64,000 nt of DNA. Source: an uncultured Flavobacteriaceae bacterium (GTDB lineage: Bacteria; Bacteroidota; Bacteroidia; Flavobacteriales; Flavobacteriaceae). The translations under genes and the position numbers were made by a program. Position 1 is the stretch's first letter. Every line of letters starts with the position of its first letter. A model generated the notes under the pieces. It worked only from the letters and a program-made list of their open reading frames with translations, made no database searches and was not told the DNA's origin. This document shows, piece after piece, positions 29,982-40,505 of the stretch. The stretch lies in the NCBI GenBank assembly GCA_963716625.1, contig CAVQTP010000008.1, positions 73,812-137,811 on the forward strand, given 5' to 3'.

Positions 29982-32471
29982 ATGAAACAGTTTATAACCC
30001 TTAGCTTACTTTTTTTATTTCTAACACCTCATGATGCGTTAGCACAGCGTAAAAGAAAAAAGGATAAAAAACAGACCGAAACTTCTACTATAGAAAAAAA
30101 GTCAGAAAAGGATGCTATACAGCCTTTCGCTAAGGTCATCACAAAAGAGGCAGTATCTGATACTGGTGTATTTATAGTTCATAAACTAAAAAACGACTTT
30201 TTTTATGAAATCCCATTTGCTAATCTTCAAAAGGATATGTTGTGGGTTACTCGCATTGCCCAAATTCCCAACGGTCTAGGTGGAGGCTATTTAAATGCGG
30301 GCTCTAAAACAAATGAGCAAGTTGTTCACTGGGAACGATTTCAAGATAAAATTTTACTTAAGATTAAATCTTATGAAAGTATTGCCGACAGCACGAAGGC
30401 CATAAGCAACTCAGTCAGAGTGAATAACTACGAGCCCACGCTTTATGCTTTTGACATCAAGGCTTTTAATACAGATTCTACAGCAGTGGTTATTGATGTA
30501 ACGAAGTTGTTCTCCACAGATGTAAAAGCGATAAGTGGATTAACAGCTCGAGTACGAAAGGAATATAAGGTTAAAAAACTTGATGCATCACGAAGCTTTA
30601 TCCATTCGGTGAAATCTTTTCCTGAGAATATAGAGGTTAAACAAGATTTTACATTTGAAGCTTCAGAGCCACCCACAGAGCGTAATGCAGAGAGTATTAG
30701 TTTGCAAGTAAATCAATCTATGATTTTATTGCCAGAAAATCCTATGCAACCAAGACTGTATGACCCACGTGTAGGTTTTTTTACAGTAAGTCAATACGAC
30801 TATGGCAGTGATGCTTTAAAAGCAGATAAGAATACCTATATACGTCGCTGGCGGTTAGAACCTAAAGATAAAGAAGCTTACGAAAGAGGAGAATTGGTAG
30901 AACCTATAAAGCCTATAGTCTATTATTTAGACCCAGGCACTCCAGAAAATTTAAAAGAATACATCAAGCAGGGAATCGAGGATTGGCAAAAACCGTTTGA
31001 AACCGCAGGATTTAAAAATGCCATTATTGCAAAAGATGCTCCCACTGCTGAAGAGGATCCAGAGTTTAGTCCAGAGGACATAAGATACTCCGTGGTACGT
31101 TATGTAGCGAGTACGACTCGCAACGCAGTAGGGCCTAGCGTGTCAGACCCACGAAGTGGCGAGATAATCGAAAGCGATATTATCTGGTATCATAACCACT
31201 TACGTAGTTATAGAAATAGATATCTTCTCGAAACTGGAGCAGCAAATCCTAGCGCTCGTACCTTAGAAACGCCTGCCGAAGAAATAGGAGAGATGATGCG
31301 TATGGTCATTGCACACGAGGTAGGACACGCCCTAGGATTTCCTCACAATATGGCCGCAAGTTATGCTTATGACGTAGAATCTTATAGAGACGGAGCATTT
31401 ACCCAAGAAAATGGCATTGCTGCCAGTATTATGGACTATGCACGCTATAATTATATTGCACAGCCAGGAGACACTAATATAAGATTTATTAGACAAATGG
31501 GTCCCTACGATCACTATGCTACTAACTGGGGCTACCGTTGGATACCAGGAGCAAAGACTGGGATGGCAGAAAAGAAAACTTTAAATCAATGGATACTTAA
31601 TAAAGCAGGAGATCCAAGGTATACCTTTGGACGACAGTCAAGTCGTTTTGATCCGCAATCACAGACAGAAGCTATCGGTGATGACCCTATAAAAGCGAGT
31701 ACGTATGGTATTAAGAATTTACGATACGTTGCTGAAAATTTACCGAGTTGGACTTCTGATCAAACAAACGACTATCAAGATCTTGAGGAGTTGTATGGAG
31801 AGTTACTTAGTGTGTATAGTAGATATGTAGGGCACGTGGTGACAAATATAGGTGGCGTGTATGAAAATATAAAAATGCCATCGCAAGCTGGTGTCGTATA
31901 TACGCACCTAGATGAAGATACACAAAAAGAATCCATGCAATGGCTACAAAATAATCTATTTGAAACCCCAGCGTGGCTCATCGATCCTGCGATCCTACAA
32001 AACATCGATCACGCAGGCTATTTTGAAGATGTCCGTCGCGTACAAGCTAGATATTTAGATAGGCTTCTCGCATTTGATAGAATAGGGAGATTGATTGATG
32101 CAGAAACCACGCAATCCAATTATTACAGTGCTTTAGAAATGCTTTCTGATACGCGTAAAGGTATTTGGTCTGAAACCAGTAGAGGTACTTCAGTAGATGT
32201 ATATCGTCGAAATTTACAGCGATCTTATCTGAAACGTATGGAATACTTAATGACAGATGAAGGCCCTGAAAGACGCTCCGGAAGAGCTGGTTTTGAAGGC
32301 GGTTTGTATTATGATGTAGCCGTTTCTGATGTAAGACCATTGGTTCGCGGCGAACTAACGGCACTAAGAAGAACGTTAAGAGCAGCACGTAATGCGGGTA
32401 TAAATACAATTACAAAATACCATTATGAAGATGCGATTGCTAGAATTGATGAACTACTAGACCCTAAATAA
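29982..32471 (+). CDS. Secreted zinc-dependent metalloprotease (DUF5117/DUF4953 type)
   Basis: Signal peptide; DPRVGFF, DPRSGEI, HEVGHALGFPHN, SIMDY Met-turn. Confidence 0.9.
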   Translation: MKQFITLSLLFLFLTPHDALAQRKRKKDKKQTETSTIEKKSEKDAIQPFAKVITKEAVSDTGVFIVHKLKNDFFYEIPFANLQKDMLWVTRIAQIPNGLGGGYLNAGSKTNEQVVHWERFQDKILLKIKSYESIADSTKAISNSVRVNNYEPTLYAFDIKAFNTDSTAVVIDVTKLFSTDVKAISGLTARVRKEYKVKKLDASRSFIHSVKSFPENIEVKQDFTFEASEPPTERNAESISLQVNQSMILLPENPMQPRLYDPRVGFFTVSQYDYGSDALKADKNTYIRRWRLEPKDKEAYERGELVEPIKPIVYYLDPGTPENLKEYIKQGIEDWQKPFETAGFKNAIIAKDAPTAEEDPEFSPEDIRYSVVRYVASTTRNAVGPSVSDPRSGEIIESDIIWYHNHLRSYRNRYLLETGAANPSARTLETPAEEIGEMMRMVIAHEVGHALGFPHNMAASYAYDVESYRDGAFTQENGIAASIMDYARYNYIAQPGDTNIRFIRQMGPYDHYATNWGYRWIPGAKTGMAEKKTLNQWILNKAGDPRYTFGRQSSRFDPQSQTEAIGDDPIKASTYGIKNLRYVAENLPSWTSDQTNDYQDLEELYGELLSVYSRYVGHVVTNIGGVYENIKMPSQAGVVYTHLDEDTQKESMQWLQNNLFETPAWLIDPAILQNIDHAGYFEDVRRVQARYLDRLLAFDRIGRLIDAETTQSNYYSALEMLSDTRKGIWSETSRGTSVDVYRRNLQRSYLKRMEYLMTDEGPERRSGRAGFEGGLYYDVAVSDVRPLVRGELTALRRTLRAARNAGINTITKYHYEDAIARIDELLDPK

Positions 32472-32496
32472 ATCTCAAATTAGACTGATTAACCTT

Positions 32497-32594
32497 GCGT
32501 GAGCGATAGCAGTGATTACCCTGCAGGGATGAGCAGCGATAGCTTAACAGACCGAAGCGTAGTAATGGATAGCGCGACCCTATGGGTCACGTCC
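32497..32594 (+). ncRNA. Structured GC-rich intergenic element resembling the Flavo-1 RNA motif / Flavobacterial repeat
   Basis: GCGTGA-GCG-ATAG...GATAG-CGC-GACCC-tat-GGGTCACGTCC. The ends pair (CGTGA/TCACG). It matches my recollection of the Flavobacterial GCGTGAGGGATAG...GATAGCCCGACC...ACGCCC element; not verified by a search. Confidence 0.55.
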
Positions 32595-32602
32595 AAAACA
32601 AA

Positions 32603-32635
32603 AAAATGCCGATTCATAAATTGAATCGGCATTTT
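32603..32635. terminator. Bidirectional terminator between convergent genes
   Basis: AAAATGCCGATTCA-taaat-TGAATCGGCATTTT. Confidence 0.88.
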
Positions 32636-32654
32636 ATATTTCTATTGATGTAAT

Positions 32655-35600
32655 CTACTCCTTAGAATCTAAAAACTCTTCTTTAGTTATAAATTCAATG
32701 GTCGCAGCTTCACTTTTTTCTAAGTATTTCTCAAACTTAGAAAGGCGCTTAGATTTGATGTTTCCGAAATCACTCTTGGCCGTGTCAAAACGATCAGATA
32801 ATAATTTAATGTTATCTAGCTGAGCTGCACTAGGGGCTTCAAAATTACTAGCAACATCGCTGTAAATTGTACTTAGTTTTTCTCTTAATTGCGGAGGAGC
32901 GGTGCCTACATAATTATCACCCGTGGTTACCACTAACGTATTTTTAAGTGCGGTAAGTTCATCAATAAGAGGTTGAGCCGTTTTTGAGGCCTTGACATCT
33001 TTCTCTATAGCATCATTTGCTTTGTTAACCATAAGGTCAATTTGGTATACCATATAGGCTAGGTCTTCTTGAATAGTAAAAAGCTGCTTACTTATCGTAT
33101 ATTGAGCCAGTCTCTCTGCCTCCGTAACAAACGATTTTGGGTCATTCTTAATTTCAAAGATGGTTTCATAGGTATCTTTACCTTTTTTGAGCACTGCTTT
33201 ATACTTGCCCGCAGGTGCTCTTACAGCCGTAAATCCACCAAAAGCAAATGTTTTTGCAGCAGCGAGCTTTGGAGTTTTTGTAGTATAGTTCCATGATACG
33301 ATATTGATCCCTTTTGATTTTCCAGGAGCTAAGCTAGCTACCTCATTACCTTCCATATCTTGAATTTCTAACGTCATCTTTCCAAAGGTGTGACGCTTTT
33401 TGAGAAAATACTTAATCTTAGCAGCGGTTCCAGGGTTAGGGCCCACAAACTCTAATTCTGTCGCATTGCCACCAAAACCTCCTTCTTCTACCATCACACC
33501 TGTTTTTGTGTCAAAGAAATGCACGTCCTTATCGAGTATTTCTGGTTTGATAGCTCTTAAAATACTGATGTCATCTATAATGATAACGCCTCGTCCGTGT
33601 GTGCCAGCCACAAGATCATTTGTTTTCTTTTGTAAATCTAAAAAGTGAACTGCTGTAGGAGGGAAGTTATTAGTAAACTGTGACCAGTTTGCACCTCCAT
33701 CTACGGTGATATACAATCCTTTCTCTGTACCTAGAAACAATAAATTTTCGTTTTCGTAATCTTCTTGAAGGTTACGAGCAAAAATTGGAATATCCTCTGT
33801 AACAATACTTTTCCAAGTAGTGCCATAGTCTGTTGTTTTGTAGACATATGGCTTCATATCACCACGAGCATGTCCTTCAAACACAGCATAAGCTGTTCCA
33901 GCACCGTGCACAGAAGCTTCTATATGGTATACCCAAGTATTTGCAGGAAGCCCAGGTACGTTGGCTACTACGTTGCTCCAGGAGGCACCACCATCTTTTG
34001 TTACTTGAACATTACCATCGTCTGTTCCTACCCAAATAACCTTTTCATTAATTGGAGATTCTGCAATCGTAAAGATAGTTGTATGTGTTTCTGCTCCAGA
34101 ATTATCTGCACTTAAACCTCCAGAATCTTTGGCTTGTTTAAGTGGATCATTGGTTGTTAAATCTGGCGAGATTACCTTCCATGTATCTCCCATGTCTTCA
34201 CTTACATGTAAAAACTGACTTCCCATATAAAAGCGATCTGGCTGGTGTTCACTCGTAGCCATAGGAGGGTTCCAGTTAAAACGTAGATCTGCACTTCCTT
34301 TTGCTGGGAGGGGTTTAACGTTCTTTGTATAATTACGCTCCATGTCGTAGCGCCATACATTATCTGCTCCTTGCATCTCAGAATATAAAATCTCTTTTGT
34401 AGGATGAGGAAGCACTCTAAAGCCATCACCTACACCCACACGTACCCAGTCGCGAGACTCAATACCCCCTGGTGATGAAGAAGGCCCGTACCAAGATCCG
34501 TTGTCTTGCAAACCGCCATAAATTCTATACGGTTCTGCAGTATCAACACTAATTTGATAAAACTGGGACAGTGGTAAGTTAGATACAATTTCCATAGTGG
34601 TGCCGCCATTCCAAGAGCGGTATACACCACCGTCTGTACCTACATGCATTACATCAGAGTTATTGATATCAAATACAATATCGTGTATATCTGAGTGCAT
34701 ATTTCCTAACGGTTTGAAAGTGTTTCCTCCATCTCTTGAGATAGAGCCACTAAGACCTCCTTTAACAACCACATCTGCATTGCGAGGATCCACTACAATT
34801 CTTGAAAAATAAAAGGGACGTACAGTTAATGAGAAATCTCCATTTGTTTTTTTCCAACTAGCTCCTCCATCTTCAGAACGATAAAGACCTTTATCCTTGT
34901 CTTGCTCTGATTCTATCACCGCATATACAATATTTGGACTTGATGGAGCAACTGCCACACCAATTCTTCCTAATTTACCAGAAGGAAATCCGTTGTGTAT
35001 TTTATTCCAAGTGGCTCCGGCATCTGTCGATTTGTAGAGTCCTGAGTTAAGTCCACCGGAGTTAAAGTCCCATGCTGTGCGTCTATGTTCCCACATTGAA
35101 GCATACAATACATTTGGATTAGTAGGATCCATCATAAGATCTGCTACACCCGTTTTCTCATTAACATATAAGATTTTATCCCAACTCTTACCGCCATCTG
35201 TTGTTTTATAGACTCCGCGATCTTCGCTATCGCTCCATAGGCCACCTAATACACCTACGTAAACGGTATTGCCGTCCTTTGGATGAATTTCTATACTCGC
35301 AATACGCTCACTATTTTCAAAAGCTTGAATTTTTTCCCAGTTGGAACCTCCATCTTTAGTGCGATATAAACCATCGCCTACAGATACCGAGTTACGAGTC
35401 CAGATTTCACCGGTACCCACCCAGATAGTTTGATCTGGATCATTAGGATCTACCGCAACTTGTCCGATTGATTGTATATAATCATCAAAAATAGGAGAGT
35501 AACTAGCCCCACCGTCTTGTGATTTCCATACTCCACCTCCAGCAGTACCTGTATAAATGACTTGTGCGTTTGTAGGGTGTGTTTCCATGTCAATAATACG

Positions 35601-35741
35601 TCCAGACATTAAAGCAGGACCAATCTGACGAGCGGTAATATCACCAAAAAGTTCTTTTCCTTTTAAGGCAATTTCTTGAGCTTGTAACGGGATCCACAGT
35701 GATGCCGCAAAAAAGCCGAGTATTAGATTTTTTGTTTTCAT
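32655..35741 (-). CDS. Secreted VPS10/BNR (Asp-box) beta-propeller protein
   Basis: Signal peptide; IGPALMSGRI; many S/T-x-D-G-G-x-S/T-W repeats; helical C-terminus. Confidence 0.88.
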   Translation of the reverse strand: MKTKNLILGFFAASLWIPLQAQEIALKGKELFGDITARQIGPALMSGRIIDMETHPTNAQVIYTGTAGGGVWKSQDGGASYSPIFDDYIQSIGQVAVDPNDPDQTIWVGTGEIWTRNSVSVGDGLYRTKDGGSNWEKIQAFENSERIASIEIHPKDGNTVYVGVLGGLWSDSEDRGVYKTTDGGKSWDKILYVNEKTGVADLMMDPTNPNVLYASMWEHRRTAWDFNSGGLNSGLYKSTDAGATWNKIHNGFPSGKLGRIGVAVAPSSPNIVYAVIESEQDKDKGLYRSEDGGASWKKTNGDFSLTVRPFYFSRIVVDPRNADVVVKGGLSGSISRDGGNTFKPLGNMHSDIHDIVFDINNSDVMHVGTDGGVYRSWNGGTTMEIVSNLPLSQFYQISVDTAEPYRIYGGLQDNGSWYGPSSSPGGIESRDWVRVGVGDGFRVLPHPTKEILYSEMQGADNVWRYDMERNYTKNVKPLPAKGSADLRFNWNPPMATSEHQPDRFYMGSQFLHVSEDMGDTWKVISPDLTTNDPLKQAKDSGGLSADNSGAETHTTIFTIAESPINEKVIWVGTDDGNVQVTKDGGASWSNVVANVPGLPANTWVYHIEASVHGAGTAYAVFEGHARGDMKPYVYKTTDYGTTWKSIVTEDIPIFARNLQEDYENENLLFLGTEKGLYITVDGGANWSQFTNNFPPTAVHFLDLQKKTNDLVAGTHGRGVIIIDDISILRAIKPEILDKDVHFFDTKTGVMVEEGGFGGNATELEFVGPNPGTAAKIKYFLKKRHTFGKMTLEIQDMEGNEVASLAPGKSKGINIVSWNYTTKTPKLAAAKTFAFGGFTAVRAPAGKYKAVLKKGKDTYETIFEIKNDPKSFVTEAERLAQYTISKQLFTIQEDLAYMVYQIDLMVNKANDAIEKDVKASKTAQPLIDELTALKNTLVVTTGDNYVGTAPPQLREKLSTIYSDVASNFEAPSAAQLDNIKLLSDRFDTAKSDFGNIKSKRLSKFEKYLEKSEAATIEFITKEEFLDSKE

Positions 35742-35799
35742 TGGTTGGTTAATTTTTGCAGAGCAGAAACTAATTCTGGTGCGCGAGTTAGTATTATTT

Positions 35800-35863
35800 A
35801 GTTCGCTTTCGCGAAAAATGTTTAAACCTATTTACTTTGAATAATATTTTGCGAAAGCGAACT
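35800..35863. repeat. Split palindrome: two part-copies forming a long inverted repeat
   Basis: AGTTCGCTTTCGC (35800-12), 38-nt spacer, GCGAAAGCGAACT (35851-63). Confidence 0.85.
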
Positions 35864-35884
35864 TTGATTTTAAAATTAGAGCTA

Positions 35885-35916
35885 AAAAAATCCCCAAGAT
35901 GTTTTGGGGATTTTTT
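35885..35916 (-). terminator. Intrinsic terminator of the LolA-like gene
   Basis: AAAAAATCCCCAA...TTGGGGATTTTTT. Confidence 0.8.
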
Positions 35917-35926
35917 GCTATTCATT

Positions 35927-36682
35927 TTATTGCTTCTCAGGATAAGCAAACATATCATCTGTGATCTCTGGATTAATTACAACAGATTTAATCATTATTT
36001 CTTGTCCACCCGGCTGCCCTTTTGCACCTGCCATAATAGACATTGGGAAATAAATGCCATCTACTTCTTGATAATCACTTAGTTTAGTTTGAGATACTTT
36101 TCCTTTCATTGGTCCAGAAGCAACTTCTTGCTCTACAACGATTGGCACAAAATTTTCTGTGTCAAAATAGTAAGTACCTATAGAAGGAGTTTCTATACCA
36201 TCAACCATTATTGGTTCTTTAGTTAATTTTATTTTAAACGTTTCAGTTCCTTCAATGGTTTCTTTTCCTAATAATTCAACGGTGTATCCTTTATCTGCAT
36301 AGTTTAAAAAAGGATCTGCAAAGTCATTCATATCCAATTTGGCGTTTGCTGTTGTTTCGGCATCGCTTTTCTCGGCAGCCATGGTCATTTGATTCGTATT
36401 CCACATGGTCTCTCCGTCAAAAACACCTTGATAAAATTTCATTCCTTGAAATTCTGCCATGGTCATTTGACGTCCTTCTTTCGTTTGGATCATTGTCATA
36501 GGTAGTTCCATACCTTGTACTTTTACCGCACCTTCAAATTTTAAAGCTTTGAGTGAGTTCCAAGTATCTATTCCACCTGTATTTTCAAAATAATTTGCGA
36601 TAATTTCTTCCGCAGTTTGGGCTTGTGTTGTTGCTACAAATGAAAAAAGCATTGCAACAATCAATAATTTAATAGTTTTCAT
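35927..36682 (-). CDS. LolA-like outer-membrane lipoprotein-sorting family protein
   Basis: Signal peptide TQA-Q; TAEEIIANYFENTGG, YYFDTE, SDYQEVDG..FP. Confidence 0.75.
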   Translation of the reverse strand: MKTIKLLIVAMLFSFVATTQAQTAEEIIANYFENTGGIDTWNSLKALKFEGAVKVQGMELPMTMIQTKEGRQMTMAEFQGMKFYQGVFDGETMWNTNQMTMAAEKSDAETTANAKLDMNDFADPFLNYADKGYTVELLGKETIEGTETFKIKLTKEPIMVDGIETPSIGTYYFDTENFVPIVVEQEVASGPMKGKVSQTKLSDYQEVDGIYFPMSIMAGAKGQPGGQEIMIKSVVINPEITDDMFAYPEKQ

Positions 36683-36835
36683 AATGGTATATCTGTTAAT
36701 GTATTGTTTATATGGTTTCTTGTAAGACGTTTTGGAAGCTCATTTGTTACAGCTTTATATAAAAGTTTACATTTTTTTAAATGGTGAGACCTTATATATG
36801 TTTTATTTTTATGAGACCTCATAAAAATACTACCT

Positions 36836-37738
36836 ATGAAATTTGGCGTTGTTGAGCATCCAGAGCAAATTGATTTTACTTTACCTCCAGATCATCCTGA
36901 AACGGAGCGTGTTATTAAGGACGCTTTCGCGAAAGCGAAAAACAAAGATCTCGAAGTATTTGTAGGTTGTGCAAAATGGAATAAAGCAGAGCTTAAAGGA
37001 TTTTACCCAAGAGGAACTAAAGATGAACTTACCTATTATACGAGTCAGTTTAATAGCATAGAGCTCAACGCCACGTTTTATCGATTATTTCCAAAAGAAC
37101 AATTTCAAAAATGGTACGATAAAGCGCCAGAGGGTTTTAAATTTTTCCCCAAAATAACAAATATGATCAGCCACCGAAAGCGGTTGATTGATTCTCAAGA
37201 TTTTATTCCAGAGTATGTTGATCACGTTTCTGTACTTCAAGAAAAGTTGGGAACCATATTCTTACAGATGCACAATAATTTCCAACCCAAGGATTTTGAT
37301 CGTGTAGATAATTTTGTCAACCACTGGCCAGATGATTTACCTATTGCTTTAGAATTTAGACACACAGATTGGTTTAATATTCCAGAAGTTGCAGAGCGAT
37401 TGTACTTGCTGCTAGAAGAGAATACCATGGCAAACGTATTAGTAGACACTGCTGGCCGAAGAGATATAATGCACATGAGATTAACTAATGGGGAAGCATT
37501 TATAAGGTATGTAGGAGCAAACCATCCCAGTGATTATGCTAGACTTGATGCATGGGTAGCACGTCTTAAACATTGGGTTGATTTAGGACTACGCAAAATC
37601 CATTTCTTTGTGCATCAAAATGTAGAGCAAGAAAGTACTTTATTATCGGCCTACTTTATTGAGCGGTTGAATAAAGAACTAGGGATACAACTGCACATTC
37701 CATATGCTGCCAATAAGGCTGAACAAACATTATTTTAG
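36836..37738 (+). CDS. DUF72 domain protein
   Basis: VGCAKW, FYPRGT, FNSIELNATFY, LEFRHTDW, FFVHQ. Confidence 0.9.
   Translation: MKFGVVEHPEQIDFTLPPDHPETERVIKDAFAKAKNKDLEVFVGCAKWNKAELKGFYPRGTKDELTYYTSQFNSIELNATFYRLFPKEQFQKWYDKAPEGFKFFPKITNMISHRKRLIDSQDFIPEYVDHVSVLQEKLGTIFLQMHNNFQPKDFDRVDNFVNHWPDDLPIALEFRHTDWFNIPEVAERLYLLLEENTMANVLVDTAGRRDIMHMRLTNGEAFIRYVGANHPSDYARLDAWVARLKHWVDLGLRKIHFFVHQNVEQESTLLSAYFIERLNKELGIQLHIPYAANKAEQTLF
36922..36937. repeat. Iterated palindrome in coding sequence
   Basis: CGCTTTCGCGAAAGCG, read as D-AFAKA-K. Confidence 0.95.
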
Positions 37739-38346
37739 TAGCGGTTTTAGGAAAATTTCATTCAGTTCCATAGGCTTTTATCTGTTATTATTTATGATAT
37801 TATTATTGGAATCTCCTTTAAATGTTTAAAGTGTTCTTAAATAGGTTTAGAGAGAAAATTAGATCTAGTAAATTTATCTCATGCACGATATATAATAGAT
37901 AAAGTGAACAGATTAGTTAAATTTAGAGTATCAGGTTTGTTTAACGCGTCATTTATTTCACCATGATTTAAATAAGTATACAAATCTTACTTGAATCAAT
38001 GAGGTATTGCAAATAGTCCATAAATGGTTTTAGGTACGATGTAAAGAATAAATTTTTTGTTCTTTAAGAAAATACCTCAAAATCTATCACTTAATATGAA
38101 TACTATATCACCTCTACTCAAACGACAAATGGATTAGAACCTAATAAATGACTCGTTTAAAAATGATTATTGAATATGATGGTTTTATTGTTTACAAAGC
38201 GAGATAGAAAAATGGGTAGTGCTTATTCCTTAAATTTTTTCTACAACTCATTTGAAAAAAATATAAATATTGATCATCTCTTTATGCTTTATTAGTGTAA
38301 ATATATCGTGATCAAAAAATTTGAAAATAATTTAAAAATAACAACT

Positions 38347-39027
38347 ATGAACGTATTATTTGTATTGACATCACACGATAAATTAGGAGATACCGGAAAA
38401 AAAACTGGTTTTTGGGTAGAAGAATTTGCGGGTCCCTATTACACGCTAAGAGATAAAGGGGTGAACATCACACTAGCAACACCTAAAGGTGGAAAAGCCC
38501 CAATTGATCCTAGCAGTGATACCGAAGACGCGGCGACTGAGTTTACGAAGCGATTTGATAAAGATCCAGATGCACAAGAACGTATTAATACTACGGCTAA
38601 GCTATCCACTATCAATGCAGAGGATTTTGATGCCGTTTTTTACCCAGGTGGTCACGGACCGTTGTGGGACTTAGCTAACGATAAAATCTCTATCGAATTA
38701 ATAGAAACATTTAATAAACAAGAAAAGCCAGTAGCATTTGTATGCCATGCACCAGCTGCTCTAAAAAGTGTTTCTGGGACTAATGGAGAGCCTTTAGTGA
38801 AAGGAAAAAAGGTTACAGGATTTACAAATTCTGAAGAAGAGGCAGTAGAACTTAAGGAGGTTGTTCCATTTTTAGTTGAGAGTATGCTCAAAGAAAATGG
38901 AGGGATCTATTCCAAAGCCGATGACTGGGCTGAGTATGCTCTGCAAGATGGTAATCTAATCACTGGTCAAAATCCTGCATCGTCCGTTTTGGTGGCAGAA
39001 AAACTCTATGAAAGTTTACGTAAATAA
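38347..39027 (+). CDS. DJ-1/PfpI (Hsp31-like) glutamine amidotransferase-fold protein
   Basis: TGFWVEE, PGGHGPLWDL, VCHAP, ITGQNPAS; probable start ATG 38347. Confidence 0.9.
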   Translation: MNVLFVLTSHDKLGDTGKKTGFWVEEFAGPYYTLRDKGVNITLATPKGGKAPIDPSSDTEDAATEFTKRFDKDPDAQERINTTAKLSTINAEDFDAVFYPGGHGPLWDLANDKISIELIETFNKQEKPVAFVCHAPAALKSVSGTNGEPLVKGKKVTGFTNSEEEAVELKEVVPFLVESMLKENGGIYSKADDWAEYALQDGNLITGQNPASSVLVAEKLYESLRK

Positions 39028-39029
39028 GA

Positions 39030-39081
39030 ATTAAAAAAACAGCGCCTATTTCTTAAAAGAAATAGGCGCTGTTTTTTTAAT
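39030..39081. terminator. Bidirectional terminator
   Basis: ATTAAAAAAACAGCGCCTATTTCT-taaa-AGAAATAGGCGCTGTTTTTTTAAT. Confidence 0.92.
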
Positions 39082-39096
39082 GTAACTATTGAAAAA

Positions 39097-40440
39097 TTAT
39101 ATTCCAGTATAATTTTCTGGTGTAATTGCCTTTAGTTCTGATTTTACATGTTCACTAACGTCCAGTGTGTCGATGAACTCGGCAATTGAGATTCTAGTGA
39201 TTTTACTATTCACACGTGTAAGTTCTTTAAGTGCTTCATAAGGATTTGGGTAGGCTTCACGGCGTAAAATAGTTTGAATTGCTTCTGCCACCACTGCCCA
39301 ATTATCTTCTAGATCTGCTGCTATTTTTTCTTCGTTAATGAGTAATTTATTTAAACCCTTTGAAGTAGACTGTAATCCTATCAGCGTATGACCAATGGGT
39401 ACTCCTATATTCCTTAAAACAGTGCTATCTGTAAGATCACGTTGTAGTCTAGAAATTGGTAGTTTTGCAGAGAGATGCTCAAAAATGGCATTTGCGATTC
39501 CTAAATTTCCTTCGCTATTTTCAAAATCGATAGGGTTTACTTTGTGTGGCATTGCACTAGATCCCACTTCTCCTTTTTTGATTTTTTGCTTGAAGTAATC
39601 CATAGATACATACGTCCAGAAATCACGATCTAAATCAATCAGAATCGTATTGATTCGTTTCATTCCATCAAATAAAGCCGCCATGTGATCGTAATGCTCA
39701 ATTTGTGTGGTAGGAAATGAGTGTTGCATCTTTAGGGTGCCGTGTACAAACGACTTTCCAAAAGCGCGCCAATCTATTTGAGGGTAAGCTACATGGTGTG
39801 CATTAAAGTTTCCAGTTGCCCCACCAAATTTTGCTGCACTTGGGATATCATTGAGTAAGTTAAGCTGCTCTTCTAGACGTACAACAAAAACCTCAATTTC
39901 TTTTCCTAACCGTGTAGGAGAAGCTGGCTGTCCGTGTGTACGTGCTAGAAGCGGAATGCTTCCCCACTCATCTACTAGCTGTTTTAAATGATCAACAACC
40001 TCCAAAAGTTGCGGCACATACACTTGATTCATCGCATCCTTAAGGGATAATGGTATAGCCGTATTATTAATATCTTGTGAGGTAAGTCCAAAATGGATAA
40101 ATTCTTTATAATCTGCTAAATCGAGCGCATCAAATTTTTCTTTGATGAAATATTCAACTGCTTTTACATCGTGGTTAGTAACTTTTTCAATTTCTTTAAT
40201 GGCTTGCGCATCCGCTGTAGTAAAGTCTGTATAAATCTCGCGCAAAGCGATAAAAGATCGACTATCCACATCTTTAAGCTGGGGTAGTGGTAGCTCGCAA
40301 AGTGCAATAAAGTATTCAATCTCTACTTTAACTCTGTATTTGATAAGTGCTTCTTCAGAAAAGAACGATACAAGACTATTCGTTTTTGAAGCATAACGGC
40401 CATCAATAGGGGAGATGGCTCTAAGTGGTGACAACGACAT
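39097..40440 (-). CDS. purB: Adenylosuccinate lyase
   Basis: SPIDGRY, TNHDVKAVEY, HFGLTSQD, ARTHGQ, GSSAMPHKVNPIDFEN. Confidence 0.97.
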   Translation of the reverse strand: MSLSPLRAISPIDGRYASKTNSLVSFFSEEALIKYRVKVEIEYFIALCELPLPQLKDVDSRSFIALREIYTDFTTADAQAIKEIEKVTNHDVKAVEYFIKEKFDALDLADYKEFIHFGLTSQDINNTAIPLSLKDAMNQVYVPQLLEVVDHLKQLVDEWGSIPLLARTHGQPASPTRLGKEIEVFVVRLEEQLNLLNDIPSAAKFGGATGNFNAHHVAYPQIDWRAFGKSFVHGTLKMQHSFPTTQIEHYDHMAALFDGMKRINTILIDLDRDFWTYVSMDYFKQKIKKGEVGSSAMPHKVNPIDFENSEGNLGIANAIFEHLSAKLPISRLQRDLTDSTVLRNIGVPIGHTLIGLQSTSKGLNKLLINEEKIAADLEDNWAVVAEAIQTILRREAYPNPYEALKELTRVNSKITRISIAEFIDTLDVSEHVKSELKAITPENYTGI

Positions 40441-40463
40441 ATGACGTGATTTGTTTAAAGAAG

Positions 40464-40471
40464 CAAATATA
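40464..40471 (-). promoter_or_regulatory. -7 promoter element of purB
   Basis: TATATTTG on the minus strand. Confidence 0.6.
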
Positions 40472-40505
40472 TATAGAAGAGATGGCTTGACCGAATTTAA
40501 ACCAA

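Noticed and set aside
37739-38346. 600-bp AT-rich gap; fragment MNTISPLLKRQMD at 38096 as a possible gene relic
   Set aside because: There is no ORF of useful length and no repeat or hairpin that I could support. The similarity is too short.
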